A stretch of 63,666 nt of DNA from Octopus bimaculoides. Its lineage: Eukaryota. A model generated the notes under the pieces. That model was not told where the DNA came from. It saw only the letters and a program-made list of their open reading frames with translations, and searched no databases. Shown piece after piece: positions 25,233-39,600 of this stretch (the first letter of the stretch is position 1; each line of letters starts with the position of its first letter). The stretch is taken from assembly GCF_001194135.2 (NCBI RefSeq), contig NC_069002.1, forward strand, positions 22,919,044 to 22,982,709, read 5' to 3'. The position numbers and the translations under genes are program-made.

Positions 25233-25362
25233 AGTGAGAAGTGGAAAGAAGACAATGAAAACTGCAAAATAAATGAAGGAATTGGTGCAGAAATGGGCAA
25301 GTGGGGATCAATCTGCATGCACACAAAAAACCTCCTTCCCTCATACATACTTATGTGTGTAT

Positions 25363-25410
<48 letters not shown>

Positions 25411-26448
25411 CATACACACATAAATATATATATGTATATATATNNNNNNNNNNCACCCATGCTAGTATGGAAGGTGGACATTAAACGATAATAATGATGA
25501 TTATATATATATATATACATACATGTTTTATGCATATGTATGTGTGTATATCTATGTAATTTTGGCAATCTTTAAAAATGATCTACAGTTTGCTTGAGTG
25601 ATGGGCCAAAAAGTGCTGTGGGTAGGTTATAGAGTTAGAGGGAGGGTCGTGGTGGTATTTCAGGAAATTGTAGTGCCAGCAGTATTGGTAGTGGTGGTAT
25701 TTTAGGTAGCGGTAGTGGTAGCAGCATTTGCAGTGGTAGTGTTTTATGAAATGGTAGTGGAAGCCAGTGTTGTAGTAAACAACTATTTTCAAGCTAATGG
25801 CCATCTATATAATTTTGTTTTTGTTAAAACAATAAACAATGACAGCAGCAGCAATAACAACAACAATGGAATAACAAGAACAATAATAACTGAATGAAAC
25901 AACAACAACCACATAAAACAACAACAATAAAAACTCAAAAAAGTGAATGATAGCAGAAATTGTTGATAAATGGCATTGAATATAAGAGTGACAAGAATCT
26001 TAAATGTTTGCTTCAGGTATTCAAATCCTCATAGAACTCACAACTGATAACTAATAATCATATCTAATGCCAATAATGGTCTTCTCTTTTATTGTTTCTC
26101 TTAGATTCTTCTCTCAGCTAGAAATGAAATAGAGATTTGATTTTTTTTTCACCTGCTTTTTTCTTTCAATGTTTTTATCTACTTATCTTTTCTTGTTTTT
26201 TTGTTTCCTTGGCGTGTTTCATTTCAAAACGTTATTCTATTGTCAGACATTTGTTTGCTCTTGTGACAGTTTGTTAGAATTTAGAATATCAAGTTTTCTT
26301 TGAGATGTCTATTCCATACAGTTAAAGAATGTCTCTAGTATAGATTTTCTTTGATTTGAAAGGGGCACTTGCTTTGGAATGAATGTGTTTTTTTCATGTT
26401 TTTACTTTTTATTATTATTATTTCTGTTAAATCAATTTGAAATACCAA

Positions 26449-26497
<49 letters not shown>

Positions 26498-26929
26498 TTT
26501 GGAAGAGCTGTGTGTGTTCATATAATATGCCTCACATTGACAAGATAAATATACTTCTGTATAAATAGTTAATTGTTTGATCATATATAGTTTTACATTA
26601 ATGCCTTGATTAGTGCTATTTTGTTTGGTGCTCCCCCATTTAGTGCTGGTTTACTGTGGTGCTTTTTTTTACTTGGAGACAATATTTTCAGTGGAGTGAC
26701 ATCACTTCATTAGAATAATGGTATGCTGATATATAAGGAACTATGATTAATACTCATGCTTACTCCAAGACAATTTTTTTCCAACATGAATGGAAAATAG
26801 TCAAGTGCTGGAAATTCATTTCAAGTGCTGAAGAAAAGCATGACACTTGATGTGAAACTTTAGGAATTGGTGTGTGTGTGTGTACCGTGGTGTGGTGGTG
26901 AGGGGGTTGATTGGAAGCTGCTAAATGTC

Positions 26930-27400
26930 AGGGAGTGAATGTTGCTAATTCTTTAACTTTGACCACACCAGTGATGAGGACCATCATGACAAATGAGAAA
27001 ATTTTAAAGCTTCTGTTCTGTCAATCTCACTGTTTTTAACAAATGATGACTTGTTCAAGGAGTAAAAGTTTTGAAGTTCAGTGGACAAAGAATCTTTAAA
27101 CTGGCTTTCTAATTTTATTGTGACTTTAAATCCCAATATATAGTATTTTATTGTGTGAGGTTATTTAAAGTTATGTACTTGGAAGAAGTTGAGATAGAGA
27201 GTGCCTGCTACTTCATTTGCATCACTCTTGAAAATAACCTATTAAACTTGTTATTCAATCATATGTCATAATGGTTCTGTACAACACTATTTCATTTAGC
27301 ACTGCATTTTTAAGGGACATATCTGTAGTTGAAACTGTGGTAAATATCATTCAATCAATGATCAATTATATTGACCCTTAACCATGCAGTGTTCTACATC
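26930..27400 (+). mobile_element. Possible highly decayed Tigger/pogo transposase N-terminal fragment
   Basis: VANSLTLTTPVMRTIMTN..KILK..SRSKSFE loosely resembles the CENP-B-type HTH region; many stops. Confidence 0.25.
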
Positions 27401-28342
27401 TCATTTTCTGCTTCAAAGAAATTATTAATCGCTGAAAAGTTTGACTCCCAAAGATGAAATATAAGAATTAATATAATCATATAATTATATTTATTTAACA
27501 AATATAATTATATAATTATATTTATATGCCAAATATAATTTCAAAAGATTTTTTTGATAATTTATAATTGAATGTAAAACATATTTAAAAGTGACTCTTT
27601 TGATTCTCATTTTGATGTCCCCCATTCCTCCCTGCCACAACACTTTCAGGACTACATTTCTAATGAAATACATAGCTGAGGTGGCAATTAACTTTGGAAA
27701 TAGTGAAGAATTTAATGCAATTTAATAAAATAGTTGACTATTTTCATTAATTGGTTGTTCAAGTGAGTTTTGATGAAGCAGAATTACAGTGAAAGGTGTT
27801 CCTACCATGACCTTCATGTCTACTATAGTGGAGAAAATAATGATTACATTTTCTGTGCTCTTCTTTTATTAAGACAGTGAGGTGTGAGATCAAGGAGACA
27901 TTTAGCTGCTCTTTCAACCTGGCTGTGTGACCATGTGGAAGCCCTCACTTGTTCACGTGTGTGTGTGTGTGTGTGTGTGTATAGATGGATAGATAAATAG
28001 ATAGATAGATATAAATGTGTGTGGAGTCTTTAAGACTCAACTAAAGATTTTTGCTTGTCTTTTGTNNNNNNNNNNNNNNNNNNNNNNNNNNNNNNNNNNN
28101 NNNNNNNNNNNNNNNNNNNNNNNNNNNNNNNNNNNNNNNNNNNNNNNNNNNNNNNNNNATAATATTTATATGTAATAACCATAATAACTTGTGGATGGAA
28201 ATTCATAGGCTTTATCACAACACATGTTTCTGCATCCTACATGTTCATAAGTCAAGAATTTTTCATATTCATAAGATGTTATTTAAGATTAGGAGCTTTT
28301 AAGAAAGCATTCTGAGGCATTCACCCAAAACAAATTAAACAG

Positions 28343-28373
<31 letters not shown>

Positions 28374-29102
28374 ATATCAAGTTAGTTATTGGAAGATAAC
28401 AGTAATTTAGGTAGATATGGGGGTCTACTGAAAGTATTTAGTTTTGTCTTACACTGTTTTGATGTTCAATCCTGTCCAATTATTTTGGTCCCACAGAAGT
28501 TAATAAAATATGTAGCAAAAACTAAAACATTGGGATGGATTCTGTCATTGTTTCTTTTCCAATCAATAAGTTCCACCAGTAATATACTGGGTTGTGTATG
28601 TGATTTCAATATAATATTTTCATTTCTTTTCAACTATTGATCTTGTTATAACAAAAGACAGCTTCATTATTTACAAAAAAAAAAAAAAGAATTTTGTTTT
28701 CTTATATATATTTAGACATTTATCCATATATTAATTTATTTACGTTTTTTTTTGTTAATTTGTTTCCACAGTTCTTGTTTAGCAGGGAAATACGGATAAT
28801 GTTTATTTCTAGTGCCACCGTTATTGTAATTTCCACTACTGCTGCTGCTGTTGTTGTAAGATCCCCTGCCTCTTAGTTTGGGAGATGTTTGATATTACAA
28901 AGAAAGAATTATCATTTAAAACATATAATTATGGACATTTTCAAGAATCTGAGGTGTGTCTGTTGGAACCAAGGAAACATTGTTTTTTTTCCCTATTGGA
29001 TTTTCAAAGTTGCAGCCAGAGCAACAATGATAACAACAACAAGAGTAACAGAAATAAATATATAAATAATAATAATAATAATGATGTTGATGTTGATGAT
29101 CA

Positions 29103-29502
29103 TGATTTCTAACATTGGCACAAGTCCAGAAATTTGAGGAAAGCAACCAGCTGATTATATCAACCCCCAAAATTTTGTCAATCCCAAAGGAATGAACAAG
29201 AAATTTGACTTTGGCTGGAGTTGAACCCAGAACAGTGTTACAAGACATTTTGCTTCATGCTTTAACAGTTCTGCCAGTAGTGGTGGTTTCTAATATAGGC
29301 ACAAAGCCTGAGTTGTAGAAGAGGCAAGGTTTAGTCAATTAAATTGATCCCAGTATTTCACTGGTACTTTATTTTATTGGCCTCGAAAGGGTGAAATGCA
29401 AAGTTGGCCTTGGCAGGATTTGAACTCAGGACATAAAAAGCTACAACAAATCCTGCAAAGAGTCTTTCAAATGTGCTAATGATTTTGCCATTTCACTACC
29501 CT
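29103..29502 (-). mobile_element. Two head-to-tail SINE family A copies (29103-29278, 29284-29502)
   Basis: Each has tail, core remnants and a B-box complement. Confidence 0.75.
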
Positions 29503-29850
29503 AATAACAATAACAATAATAATGATTTCATTTATTTGCCACAATGATTTCTTATATTAGCCATAAGGGCCAAAAACATGGGGACAGTATAAAGGTGAAA
29601 TGCAAAGAGGGCAATAACAAACAAAAACAAATGGGTATAAGTGGTGGGGGAAGATCAACCAAACAATAAAGGCACATTAATAAATAATAATAATGAAAAA
29701 CATAATAATGATGGACTTTGAAAATTTATGATGTCACAGCCTCATTTAAAATATTTTTTAACGAGAATTCTGTTGATTTATACAACCCCTCCCTACTATT
29801 TTTGATTGTCATGCATATTTATATAAGTTTAAATACATATACAAATGTTC

Positions 29851-29884
<34 letters not shown>

Positions 29885-29903
29885 AATATATATAAGTACA
29901 AAC

Positions 29904-29989
<86 letters not shown>

Positions 29990-30084
29990 CAAATACATAT
30001 GTACATACATACATCTGTGTGTGTGTGTGTCTCTAGAAGGTTAAAATACATATGTATATGTGTGTGTGTGTGTGTATATATATG

Positions 30085-30131
30085 GATAATCTGATGATGG
30101 CTTAGATGGCTGAAACTTCGAAGTCACTGTC
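30085..30131 (+). ncRNA. Decayed type I hammerhead, core intact
   Basis: GATAAT-CTGATGA-TGGCTTAGATGGCT-GAAA-CTTCGAAG-TC-ACTGTC: perfect palindrome ACTTCGAAGT as stem III, GUC site after 30125; stems I and II weakened by transitions; AATAAA 25 nt downstream. Confidence 0.6.
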
Positions 30132-30554
30132 AATACTATTCTTGTTAAAGAATAAATTTATACTCTACCAAGTGTATTGAGTAATCTTTCAGTTTAATTC
30201 AGTAAAATTGTTTTTTTTCTTATAGCATAAAAAGAAACATTAATGTATACATACATACATTTTATATCAATATATATGTGTGTATATATAACGTATGTAC
30301 GCTTCTTTTGAAGGGTGCATCTCAAAGCACATAAAATCATGTAAATATTGGGTTCAAAAACTCCTTTTGATAGAAAAAGTTGAAGACTGTCTGTGGGAGA
30401 TGAAGTCACATTTGTTAACCTAATATTTGCATGTTATTATTCATAACTTTATGTGCTTCAAGATTCACTATCCCCCCCCCCCCAAAGAATTATTTCATAT
30501 TCTCTTGAAAGTTAATAAATTCTTTGATGTCAGCAATACATATATCGATATATA

Positions 30555-30629
<75 letters not shown>

Positions 30630-31024
30630 GTATATTAATAACCATATCTTTTCGAATAAAGATATGAAAGGAACTAAATACATGCCTGGGACTTGTACAT
30701 CTTTTAATTAACCTTCAAAATTGATTAAAATCTGAATTTCCCCCATCGGGATTTGAGCTCAGAATGTATAGGGATAAAACCAGATACTGTACCATGCACA
30801 GCCTGTTGCTCTACTTCTCCTACCACTCAACCATTTTACAATGATACATGAAACATCTTGTGAAAGAGTAGACCTCGTAAAAGACTTAGGAAACTTTTTT
30901 TGATGGTGTTTCAGTTTTATTTGTTTTATTATTTAGTTTTATTTTGTGTCTGTGTAAATTTTGATAACTGTTTTATTTCTTTGTTATAGATTGGTTCTTC
31001 TTCTTCATTGAGTAAACAGAAGTG

Positions 31025-31058
<34 letters not shown>

Positions 31059-32242
31059 AATATGTATTCATGTAAAGTGTGTGTGTGTGTATATATATAT
31101 GTATATATATAAATGTGTGTGTTTATTTACATATATATTTGTGCATGTATGTATATGTATCTTTCTCTATATCTCTCTCACTCTCCCTATATATATATCA
31201 TATATGTATGTATGCACACATGCATGTACAAATTAAAGCTATGATGTAGCTACAAACTTCTTGAGCTGGTAAAAAAAGATCTTGACATACTAAAATATTT
31301 TTTTACTTCCACATCATGATGTTCAGTACACACACACATACACATACTGACACAAACACACATATACTCACACACACCCACATACTGACACAAACACACA
31401 CACATGCAAACATATATATATATATCTATATACACACAAAAACACACATTTACTGACACAAACACACGCACATTCACATACACACACATACTGACACAAA
31501 CACATATACGTGCAAACATATATATATATATATACACACACACAAAGACACCCACATACACACACACACACTCATACACGCACGCACATGCACACACACA
31601 CGCACACACAGACAGAGTTGTTTGCACACCTACATATTTGTCGTTCTAATGATGGATGGAAGTAAGAAAGCAATATCTATAATAAACAGTTCACAGAAGC
31701 TTAAACAATAATTTGTTTTGATGAGATGCACAGACAGCTCTGTTATTGTTGGCTTTATTGTTACAGCGATCACTGCCACTACTGCCATGGCCACCACCAC
31801 TGCCACTACCAACACTGCCATCTCTATTGTTATCCTTATTAGTACCTCTACCTCTAACTGCTATTACTGCTGTGATTAGCATTATTGGCACCCCTGACCC
31901 TACCACCAGCCACCACTACCACCATCACTGCCACCACCACCACCACCACCGTGTATACAGACCTAATTTACACTGATTCCAAAGATCATATTTGTATTGG
32001 AATCATTGAAATCCTTATTTTATTTAAGATGTGAATGTTTATATTGATCAGCCAAATTAAGTCTTAGAATAAAGAAAAGTACCATTCTTGTAACTGTTGT
32101 TGTCGTCTGTGACCAGGAATATCCGAACAACATCCGAACTATGTAACCCAAATTTATTCTATGTAAACAGTGAAATTATAGAAACTTATCATGTATTTTT
32201 TTTATTTTAAAATATATTTTGTTTTATCTTCTGTTATCATGT

Positions 32243-32430
32243 TGTTGTTGTTTAACCCTTGGTTTGCCCTGATACATTAGGTCTACAGTCAAAAGCATTC
32301 CAGCCTTGACCTTTCCATTTGTTTAAAACCATATTCGTCTGATATGTTCTGTTTTTAGTATTATAGATAGAAGTGTGATTTAAAGAATTTTGCTGCTATT
32401 TCTTCTGTAATAAGTTATCATATAGAGGCT
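32243..32430 (-). mobile_element. Dispersed repeat family G (SINE-like 3' part)
   Basis: AGAAATAGCAGCAAAATTC...GGCTGGAATGCTTTTGAC...GGGTTAAACAACAAC; related copies at 27865-27945(-), 53245-53418(+), 58905-59050(-), 60495-60690(+). Confidence 0.65.
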
Positions 32431-34009
32431 CCTTCCATTTCTGGCCATCGGAAGGAAGGCAATGCAATGCCCATGACCATTTACTTGGCCTCCAAGACTG
32501 GTGGAAGGGAGGGAAGAATGATGTTATTCTGAGACTAGAAGCCTGTTCTTATTGCTTGCCAAAGAGTGGGGTCTGTGAAAGGCAAACGATGTACCCAATG
32601 TGATGGTGTTAGACTAGATGAGGGATTAAGTTTAGTGCTCAGATAGGCATTGGTCAGATTTGAACTGAGAACATGAAGGGCTACAACAAATAGCATAGGG
32701 CATTTATCATGATTTTCTTACAATTCTACCAAATCATCGTCTTGTAAGAGTTATCTTCAACAGGATTTGAACCCAGAATCAACAGAATTGGGACAAATAC
32801 CATGAAGCATTCAATCCAATATTCTAATGATTCTGCCAATTTGTCACATTGTTGTGTATTACATAACAAAGCCAAGTCAAATCTGTTTAGTGTCATTGGC
32901 GTTGGTGCATTATCTAAACTTTATCACAATGCTGGTCTTTAGTATTTCTGTTGAATTTGATACCTGCTGTCAATCTATAGAATCTATAGAATTATCTACA
33001 ATGTTTATTCTCATTTTCTTTGCCCTATTTATGTAAAAATATTGCAAAGAATACCTTTTCCCTATGGCAACAAATACACATCTATTGAATTTTTGGGCAA
33101 ATATCAGCTTAAACATTTTTATGATAAATCCAGCACGTAATAATCTCATGCTAAAACTATCTCAAATATGTTTTTATTCTTGAAGAAGCATTACTGTATG
33201 TTTGACATAGGACTACATTTGTCCATTTGTTGATCTTCAAATATATTTAACTGTCTTTTATAACGAGTTTTATTTCCTTTGTACATTGGCTGCATAATAC
33301 ATGCATGTATGTATGTTTGTATTTGTGCATTATTGATAAGGAATAACTGTTTGTCAATGGCAAAGCATATTCATTGCCAGATCTAATATTCTGTTAACAC
33401 TGTTGTGTTTTCCAGGCTTCTCTATGTTGAACTTAACACTTTAAAATATAAATACTTGTTGAGCCAATAATTAAAAGAAAGAAACAAACTGAAACAAAAA
33501 AGAGAGCCTTTAATGTAATTATGTTAATCACTTTTATTTGACAACTAACGAAGTCTGTGTCAGTGTGAAAAGCAAATAAACATCAGATTTCATTGAAAGC
33601 TCTTTATTTAAGTGTTAATGTTTTCTCCTGGATTAATTGTAGCTTTGATCTGTTACACGGTTACTAAAGAAAACACAACAGTCACAGTTGATCTGTTTTG
33701 GCTGTACAAAGAGTATATTATTAGTGTTGTAGGTTGTACAACCATGGATGTACTAAAATTTATTAGTAGATCTATAGATTGTAAAATTTTGTCTCTATTA
33801 CTAATAATATGTTACAAAATCTATAAATTGTATAATTTTGGCTCTGTTTCTAATTGTATGTTAGTAGTTCTATAGATCGTATAGTTTTGGTTCTATTACT
33901 CATAGTATGTTAGTAGTTTTGTGACTGTGTGTGTCTACATCCATGTACCTACTTACTGTATATTTGTATTTCAGTAAATTTATTACATTAGGAAATAATA
34001 TCGTCATTT

Positions 34010-34230
34010 TTGCCATAATCTTGTTCTTCAGTCATAGCACTTCAATTGTAATCTCACCTTTGTCATAATCCTGTTACTCTTGTCCTAGTCTTGTTACTTT
34101 AGTTGTAGTACTTTCGTTATAACCTTGTCACTCTAGTCATTGTTACTTAAATCATAATTTTGTCATGTCATGTCACTTTAGTCACAGTCTTATTACCTTA
34201 GTTGTAACCTTGTTAATTTAGTCATAGACT
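34010..34230. repeat. Degenerate minisatellite, unit about 19 bp
   Basis: Recurring TAGTCATAATCTTGTTACTT-like units. Confidence 0.65.
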
Positions 34231-34330
34231 CACATGGAGAACAAGGGAACATTTGTGCTTTAAATTTTTCCTTTTCCCCACTTCTGATCCCACCCCATCT
34301 CTCTATAATGGATGCAACAATGCAGTGAGA

Positions 34331-34445
34331 ATGATTTGTGATAGAAACACAAGGCCTTAAATTTGGAGGCAGGGGTTCTTGTTGGTTATACTGTATTTGA
34401 CCCCAGTATTTGACTGATATGTGTTTTATCAGCACTAGAAGGATA
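34331..34445 (-). mobile_element. SINE family A 3' fragment
   Basis: ACAAGGCCTTAAATTTGG..GACCCCAGTATTTGACTG. Confidence 0.55.
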
Positions 34446-35009
34446 AAAAAAAAAGTATAGTCTACTATTGTGTAACAACAACAACAACAAAAGCAACAAC
34501 AGTAATAATAATTAGCTTCTTTGGGTTAATGATTCAATTGCAGGGCATGACTGGGACTGACTATTACTGATTTGATTTGACCCCTGGAGGGGAGATGAAA
34601 GGGTGAGAGGAATTGAACTGAGAGTATATAGTAACTATGCAGACCTAAATAATTACAAAGTATCTCATTTGGCTCTCTGCCATTTATGCCACTTCACTGC
34701 CAACAACAACAACAACAACAACAACAGTAATAATGATAATAATCACAGCCTTATTTTATAGTTGCCCTCCTCCTTTCTTTTAAATATTCAGAGAGTTACA
34801 CTGTCTGATATGATCCTTCACCACAACCTTTGTTTTGATTGTCATGTTTAATTACGCATTATGAAATACATACATAGACATATATGGATACACAATTCAG
34901 ATATACATGCATATATANNNNNNNNNNTATATATATATATATATATGCAGATGTATATGTGTCTGTATATATGTATGTATACATATACATACATATATAC
35001 AATATACAT

Positions 35010-35056
<47 letters not shown>

Positions 35057-35769
35057 CATACATACATACAGGCACATGCACGCATATATATGCATATATA
35101 TACACACATTCATATAAACATACATACATTCTTGGCATGAAATAGTGCATGTTTGGCGTGAGAGCCTATTCATTGCAATCTTTCGTTCATCAATGCCACA
35201 TCTATTATCAGTCGGCCTTGTTAAATAATTGGCTATTCTTCAGATCGCATTCATAGAAGGGAAACGTTTCATTTAAGATTATAGCCATGCAGAGAATCAC
35301 AACAAACAATATGGATAAGAATAACAACATTAGCGTAAAATTGGCGACAACTCTAAGAAAGTTCTGCTGCTCTCAAGTCTCGTTGATTGAATCTTTAAAT
35401 GTGTGAGTTTTAGTCTCCTTGAATAAAGTTGACTCATGTTAAAATATGAGCTTGTTATCTACTGTCTGTGAACTCCAGACAAATCAATGAATATGAATTT
35501 CTCTCTAGAATGGTTTGTTGGCACAATGATTGATGTCAGGTTCATAGTGTGTCGAGGAATGCATAGAAGGGGTGGGGTTGGCTCCATCACATATTGATCC
35601 ATCGGATTATTTGCTGAACTGATTGAAATGCTATCATTATGCATTGATTTGAAGGAATGATGCATCAGAATTGGTTTGCTACCCCCAAAGAAGCTGACTG
35701 TTCTATAAAAGTACATTGTAAGTGTTACTGGATTTTGAGAAGTTTGAATGTGAATTTGATTCTGAGCTG

Positions 35770-36260
35770 TTGTTCATAACAGAGGGCTTATTGTCCATAT
35801 ACTGCATTTATACAAGTGATCTGTAGGGTACCTCTCTGGCAGGGGCAGTCTGAGAGAATTAAGGGCTTTTGGGCATAACTGTTTACCAGGCCCCTTAGCA
35901 TTGATAAGTTAACATGTAGAGTGCAGGCCCCTCACAGCTCCAAGCCCTTGGGCAGTGCCTGATTGACCAACGGCTCAGTCTGCCCCTGCTTTTTGGAGTA
36001 CCTATTAATGGAGACATGTCTCTGCCAGAGGCACACAACTGGAGACTTGGGACAGGTATAAATGTCTGACTCTTTTGCTGAGAGACCAGTACCCTGTTGA
36101 TCTGGTCAGCTGTAGTTGTTGGAAGAAAGGAAACCATATGTAGGCTCTCAGGGTGGAAGAAACCCTGAAGGGTAAAAGAGGCAATGTAGGATGGAAAAGT
36201 TAGTGTAAAGTGGAAGAGACAGTGTGGGGTGGAAGACATAGTGCCAATATTAAGGGTGAA
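35770..36260 (-). mobile_element. Possible decayed Rex1/CR1-type RT fragment split by a MITE
   Basis: HPESL..FLPTTTADQINRVL..TFIPVP loosely resembles GPDGI..LKTCADQLAGVF..TIVPVPK. Confidence 0.3.
35840..35988. mobile_element. hAT-like MITE (149 bp)
   Basis: 15-bp TIR CAGGGGCAGTCTGAG / CTCAGTCTGCCCCTG (14/15); flanking 8-mers CTCTCTGG and CTTTTTGG (6/8, both differences C>T) as TSD. Confidence 0.7.
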
Positions 36261-36872
36261 TGGGCCAACTGTCAGCATGCATCTGTAGGGTAAAGAAAAT
36301 AACTGGGGAACAGCAGTGGTTCTCAGCATTCAGAGCAATCTTGGATGTTTTGGGTTCCTTGATTGGCCCTTAAGGGACCCTAGCTGCCACCACTCACTAT
36401 ACTGGAATACCTTGTTTTATTGTTCTTGTATTCTGATGTTTTCCATTCCTGTTTTATTTTTCCAGAACCAATTCTGTGAAAAACCTCCACTATTAATCAT
36501 AATCTGTCCTTATAACATTCCCTTTTACATCATCCTTGTGACAAATAGGGAATTATCATCGTCGTCGTCATCATCATCATCATCATCATTCAGTAATATT
36601 TTTATTCTATGCTTTCGCTGCACTACATAATGCAGCACTGCACTACATAATGCAGCACTGCACTCTGGTATGTGCAAAGTTTTTGTTTTTGTTATTTCGA
36701 TTGTTTTGATAGTATTCTATCTGATACGTGATGTTCCCCCCTCTTGTGCCCATTCTCTTTATTATCCCTGTTTATATGTTCTGGGATTTGGGTTATCTGT
36801 TTGTCTACTTTTTTTCTAATCATTCCCAAAGCACTTATTATAATCAGAGATTGTTTCTGCTTCCAGACTCCA

Positions 36873-36915
<43 letters not shown>

Positions 36916-36916
36916 G

Positions 36917-37060
36917 ATCTGAGTTCAAATTCTACTGGGGTTGACTTTGCCATTCATCCTTTCAGGGGCGATGAACTAAGCACCAGTTATGCACTGGGGT
37001 TGATATAATCAACTAGCCCCTCTCCCAGAATTTCAGGGCTCATGCCTATAGTAGAAAAGG
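36917..37060 (+). mobile_element. SINE family A, 5'-truncated
   Basis: CTGAGTTCAAATTCTACTGGGGTTGACTTTGCCATTCATCCTTTCAGGGG...CCTATAGTAGAAAAGG, directly after (ATT)n. Confidence 0.85.
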
Positions 37061-37148
37061 TTGTTGTCGTTATTCAATTAGTCATCCATTTAACCAATTA
37101 ACTGGTGGATTGCTTCATTAATTGTGTGGTCAATCAATTTGTTCAGTT

Positions 37149-37191
37149 TGTCAGAGTCCTTTTGTCGCCATTCGCTACCTCATCAGTGACA
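37149..37191 (-). ncRNA. Decayed type I hammerhead candidate (G12 mutated to A)
   Basis: TGTCA-CTGATGA-G-GTAGC(GAATG)GCGAC-AAAA-GGAC-TC-TGACA: perfect 5-bp stem I, stem II with 4 of 5 pairs. Confidence 0.45.
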
Positions 37192-38529
37192 TACTCTCAT
37201 TACTCCACGTCTGCCTGTTGTTGTTGTTATTATTATTATTGATGTTGTTATTGAGTTGTTACTTCAGTCTCTATAGTACATAAATAGACAAACAAACATG
37301 ATGTACGTCCATTCTGATGTAGAATGGACATATGTCATAACAGTCTAGTAATGCCTCCACTCTGTTTTCATATTCTGCAGCCTCTCTTTTTGTGTGTCAG
37401 GAAGGTTCTATTTATTTATCTGTTTTTATTTTTATGGTATGGGGCAGTAGTGGCAAGTAATGGATGAGAGACGATAGAGTTTTTTTTATCATTTATTTGG
37501 AAGAACTTTACAAACCCGGCCAAGAATTTTGGGAACAGAGATAAAATATTAGCACCAGAATCTAGTTTGGTGTCTATCTGGAAATTTAGTATTTGAACCA
37601 AGAGTAGAAAAGGCTGAAAGAAACTGGCTTTGGTGGGTGGGTGATGGTGCTTCTGGTTTGTCTAGGTGCTTGTGGGTGACATTAAAGAAAATTGGATATA
37701 CTGTTGCAGGAACTTTGTACCTACATCTTCATGCACATTCTGTCTACGAGTACTTTACCTGTACATGTTAGTGCATACTACGTCGATACTTCAGTGATGC
37801 TAAATCTACATTTTGGTGCATTATCTCTCAAGGAATCAGTGCAATCTGTGTCTACTCCATAATACAATTTGTGACTACATTTTAGTAATTATTCTCTTGC
37901 TATTAATTAAGCCTACATTTTATGGCAAGCTGCTATCATTGAGGTTTGTATGTGGGCTGGAAGAATAGAGATGAGTAGACATCAGTCCTTTTAACTCATA
38001 TTGAAATGTGAAACGATTGTTGTTTTATGACACAGGAAGCATTAAATAAATAAATACATAAATACAAACAAATAAAACAAACACAGCCAATTGTTTTGTT
38101 TGTTTTTGTAGTTGTTTCTTAGCTGCAGCTTTCATGCAGTGTATAGAAATTAAACGAATGCAACAACTAATTAATATAGTCCATAAGAGGACAATTAAAC
38201 TGATTTTGTAGTCTTTTGTGAAGCAATTTCTGTGGAAAATGGAAGAAGAAACGAGTTAGAAGCTGTGGCAGCTGTTTATAAAAGCTCTTACTACTTTCAT
38301 TCCCCATATTATTCTGATAACGGCATATAAAGGTCCTAAAAGAATGCGTCTCGAATTGGCATTGCTATTGTTGGCTGACCAAATAAATGGAATTCACTGT
38401 GGTGCTGTAATCAACCCTTTTTTCACTTGTCTTTTCATGGACAAATCAATTGGAGAAGAAACAACCCTGCGAAGTTCCTATTTTTTGAGCCAGTTGTATC
38501 CACTATGAACCTCAACAGTAGCTGCTAGG

Positions 38530-38620
38530 TGACCCCCTGCACCTTTAATAATGGCATCAACTTTCTGGGGCACATTATCAATACTGTGGATATTGTTGTT
38601 TTTACCATGATGAGTCTGGT
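38530..38620 (-). mobile_element. Possible Tc1/mariner transposase C-terminal remnant
   Basis: IDNVPQKVDAIIKGAGGH resembles the Tc1 C-terminal IxSMPRRxxAVIxAKGGH; short match only. Confidence 0.3.
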
Positions 38621-38918
38621 CATCATTTTATGCAGATTTATCCACTGCGATGGTCAGCAGTTGGCTGCATTGCTTATTGTTGACCATCTACAGTTTAATT
38701 TTTTTTAAAAATAAAACCACTTGTCTTTCCAAGACGACATACTTGAAGAAAAAAAGTTTTTTTCTAATTTTTTTTTTTTTTGCCAGAACATGGATATTTA
38801 TAGATTATTTTTGAAATTTTTTATGGAGGAGAAAAAAAGAAGTCCTAATATTTTTTATATTTTCATGGAATTTTGAAGAAATGTTCTAGCATAGATTATA
38901 CATATATATATATACTTT

Positions 38919-39030
38919 TACTGTTTGCAGTCATTGGACTGTGGCCATGCTGGAGCACAACTGCTAAAGGTTTTAGTTGTTCATATCAACCTTATTACTT
39001 ATTTCAGTCAGATGTTTATTTTAACAATAT
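38919..39030 (-). mobile_element. SINE family B tail fragment
   Basis: GTGCTCCAGCATGGCCACAGTCCAATGACTGCAAAC. Confidence 0.65.
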
Positions 39031-39560
39031 CTGTTTGTCAAACTGCTATGTTTAAATTTTGCTTCCTCCCATTTTTAAAGATAAAAAAAAAAAAATTCTT
39101 TGAAGGATGTCATCTTTTCAAAGACTCAAATGACAATAACTTTTATTCCTCAAAATTCTAATTTTTTTTTACAAGCTTATGTTTTTTTTTCATTCTTTGT
39201 TTTCTGTTTTCATTTTCTGATTTGTGCAAGAAAAAGCAAAGTTGTCAAAATTCCATTAGAATTCAATCTGATTCCATCATCGAGGTGAAAGTAATGAACG
39301 TAGAGAAGGAGGGAGAGAAAGAAAGAGGGATGGAAAAGGAGGGAGAGAAAGAGGGATGGAAAAGGAGGGAGAGAGAGGTTTTGAGTTGAGTTTTTGAAAA
39401 TCAATTTATGCCAAGAATTATTGAAGTGAGTGACAAGAATGTGGTAACTAAGAAAGTTACTTGTCTGAGGTGTTAGAAAGTAAGGTCAGAGAGGGGGGAA
39501 TAGACTGAGGGAGAAGGAGGGAGAAAGAGGGAGGGATAGACAGAGAGGGTGAGTGAGAGG

Positions 39561-39600
<40 letters not shown>

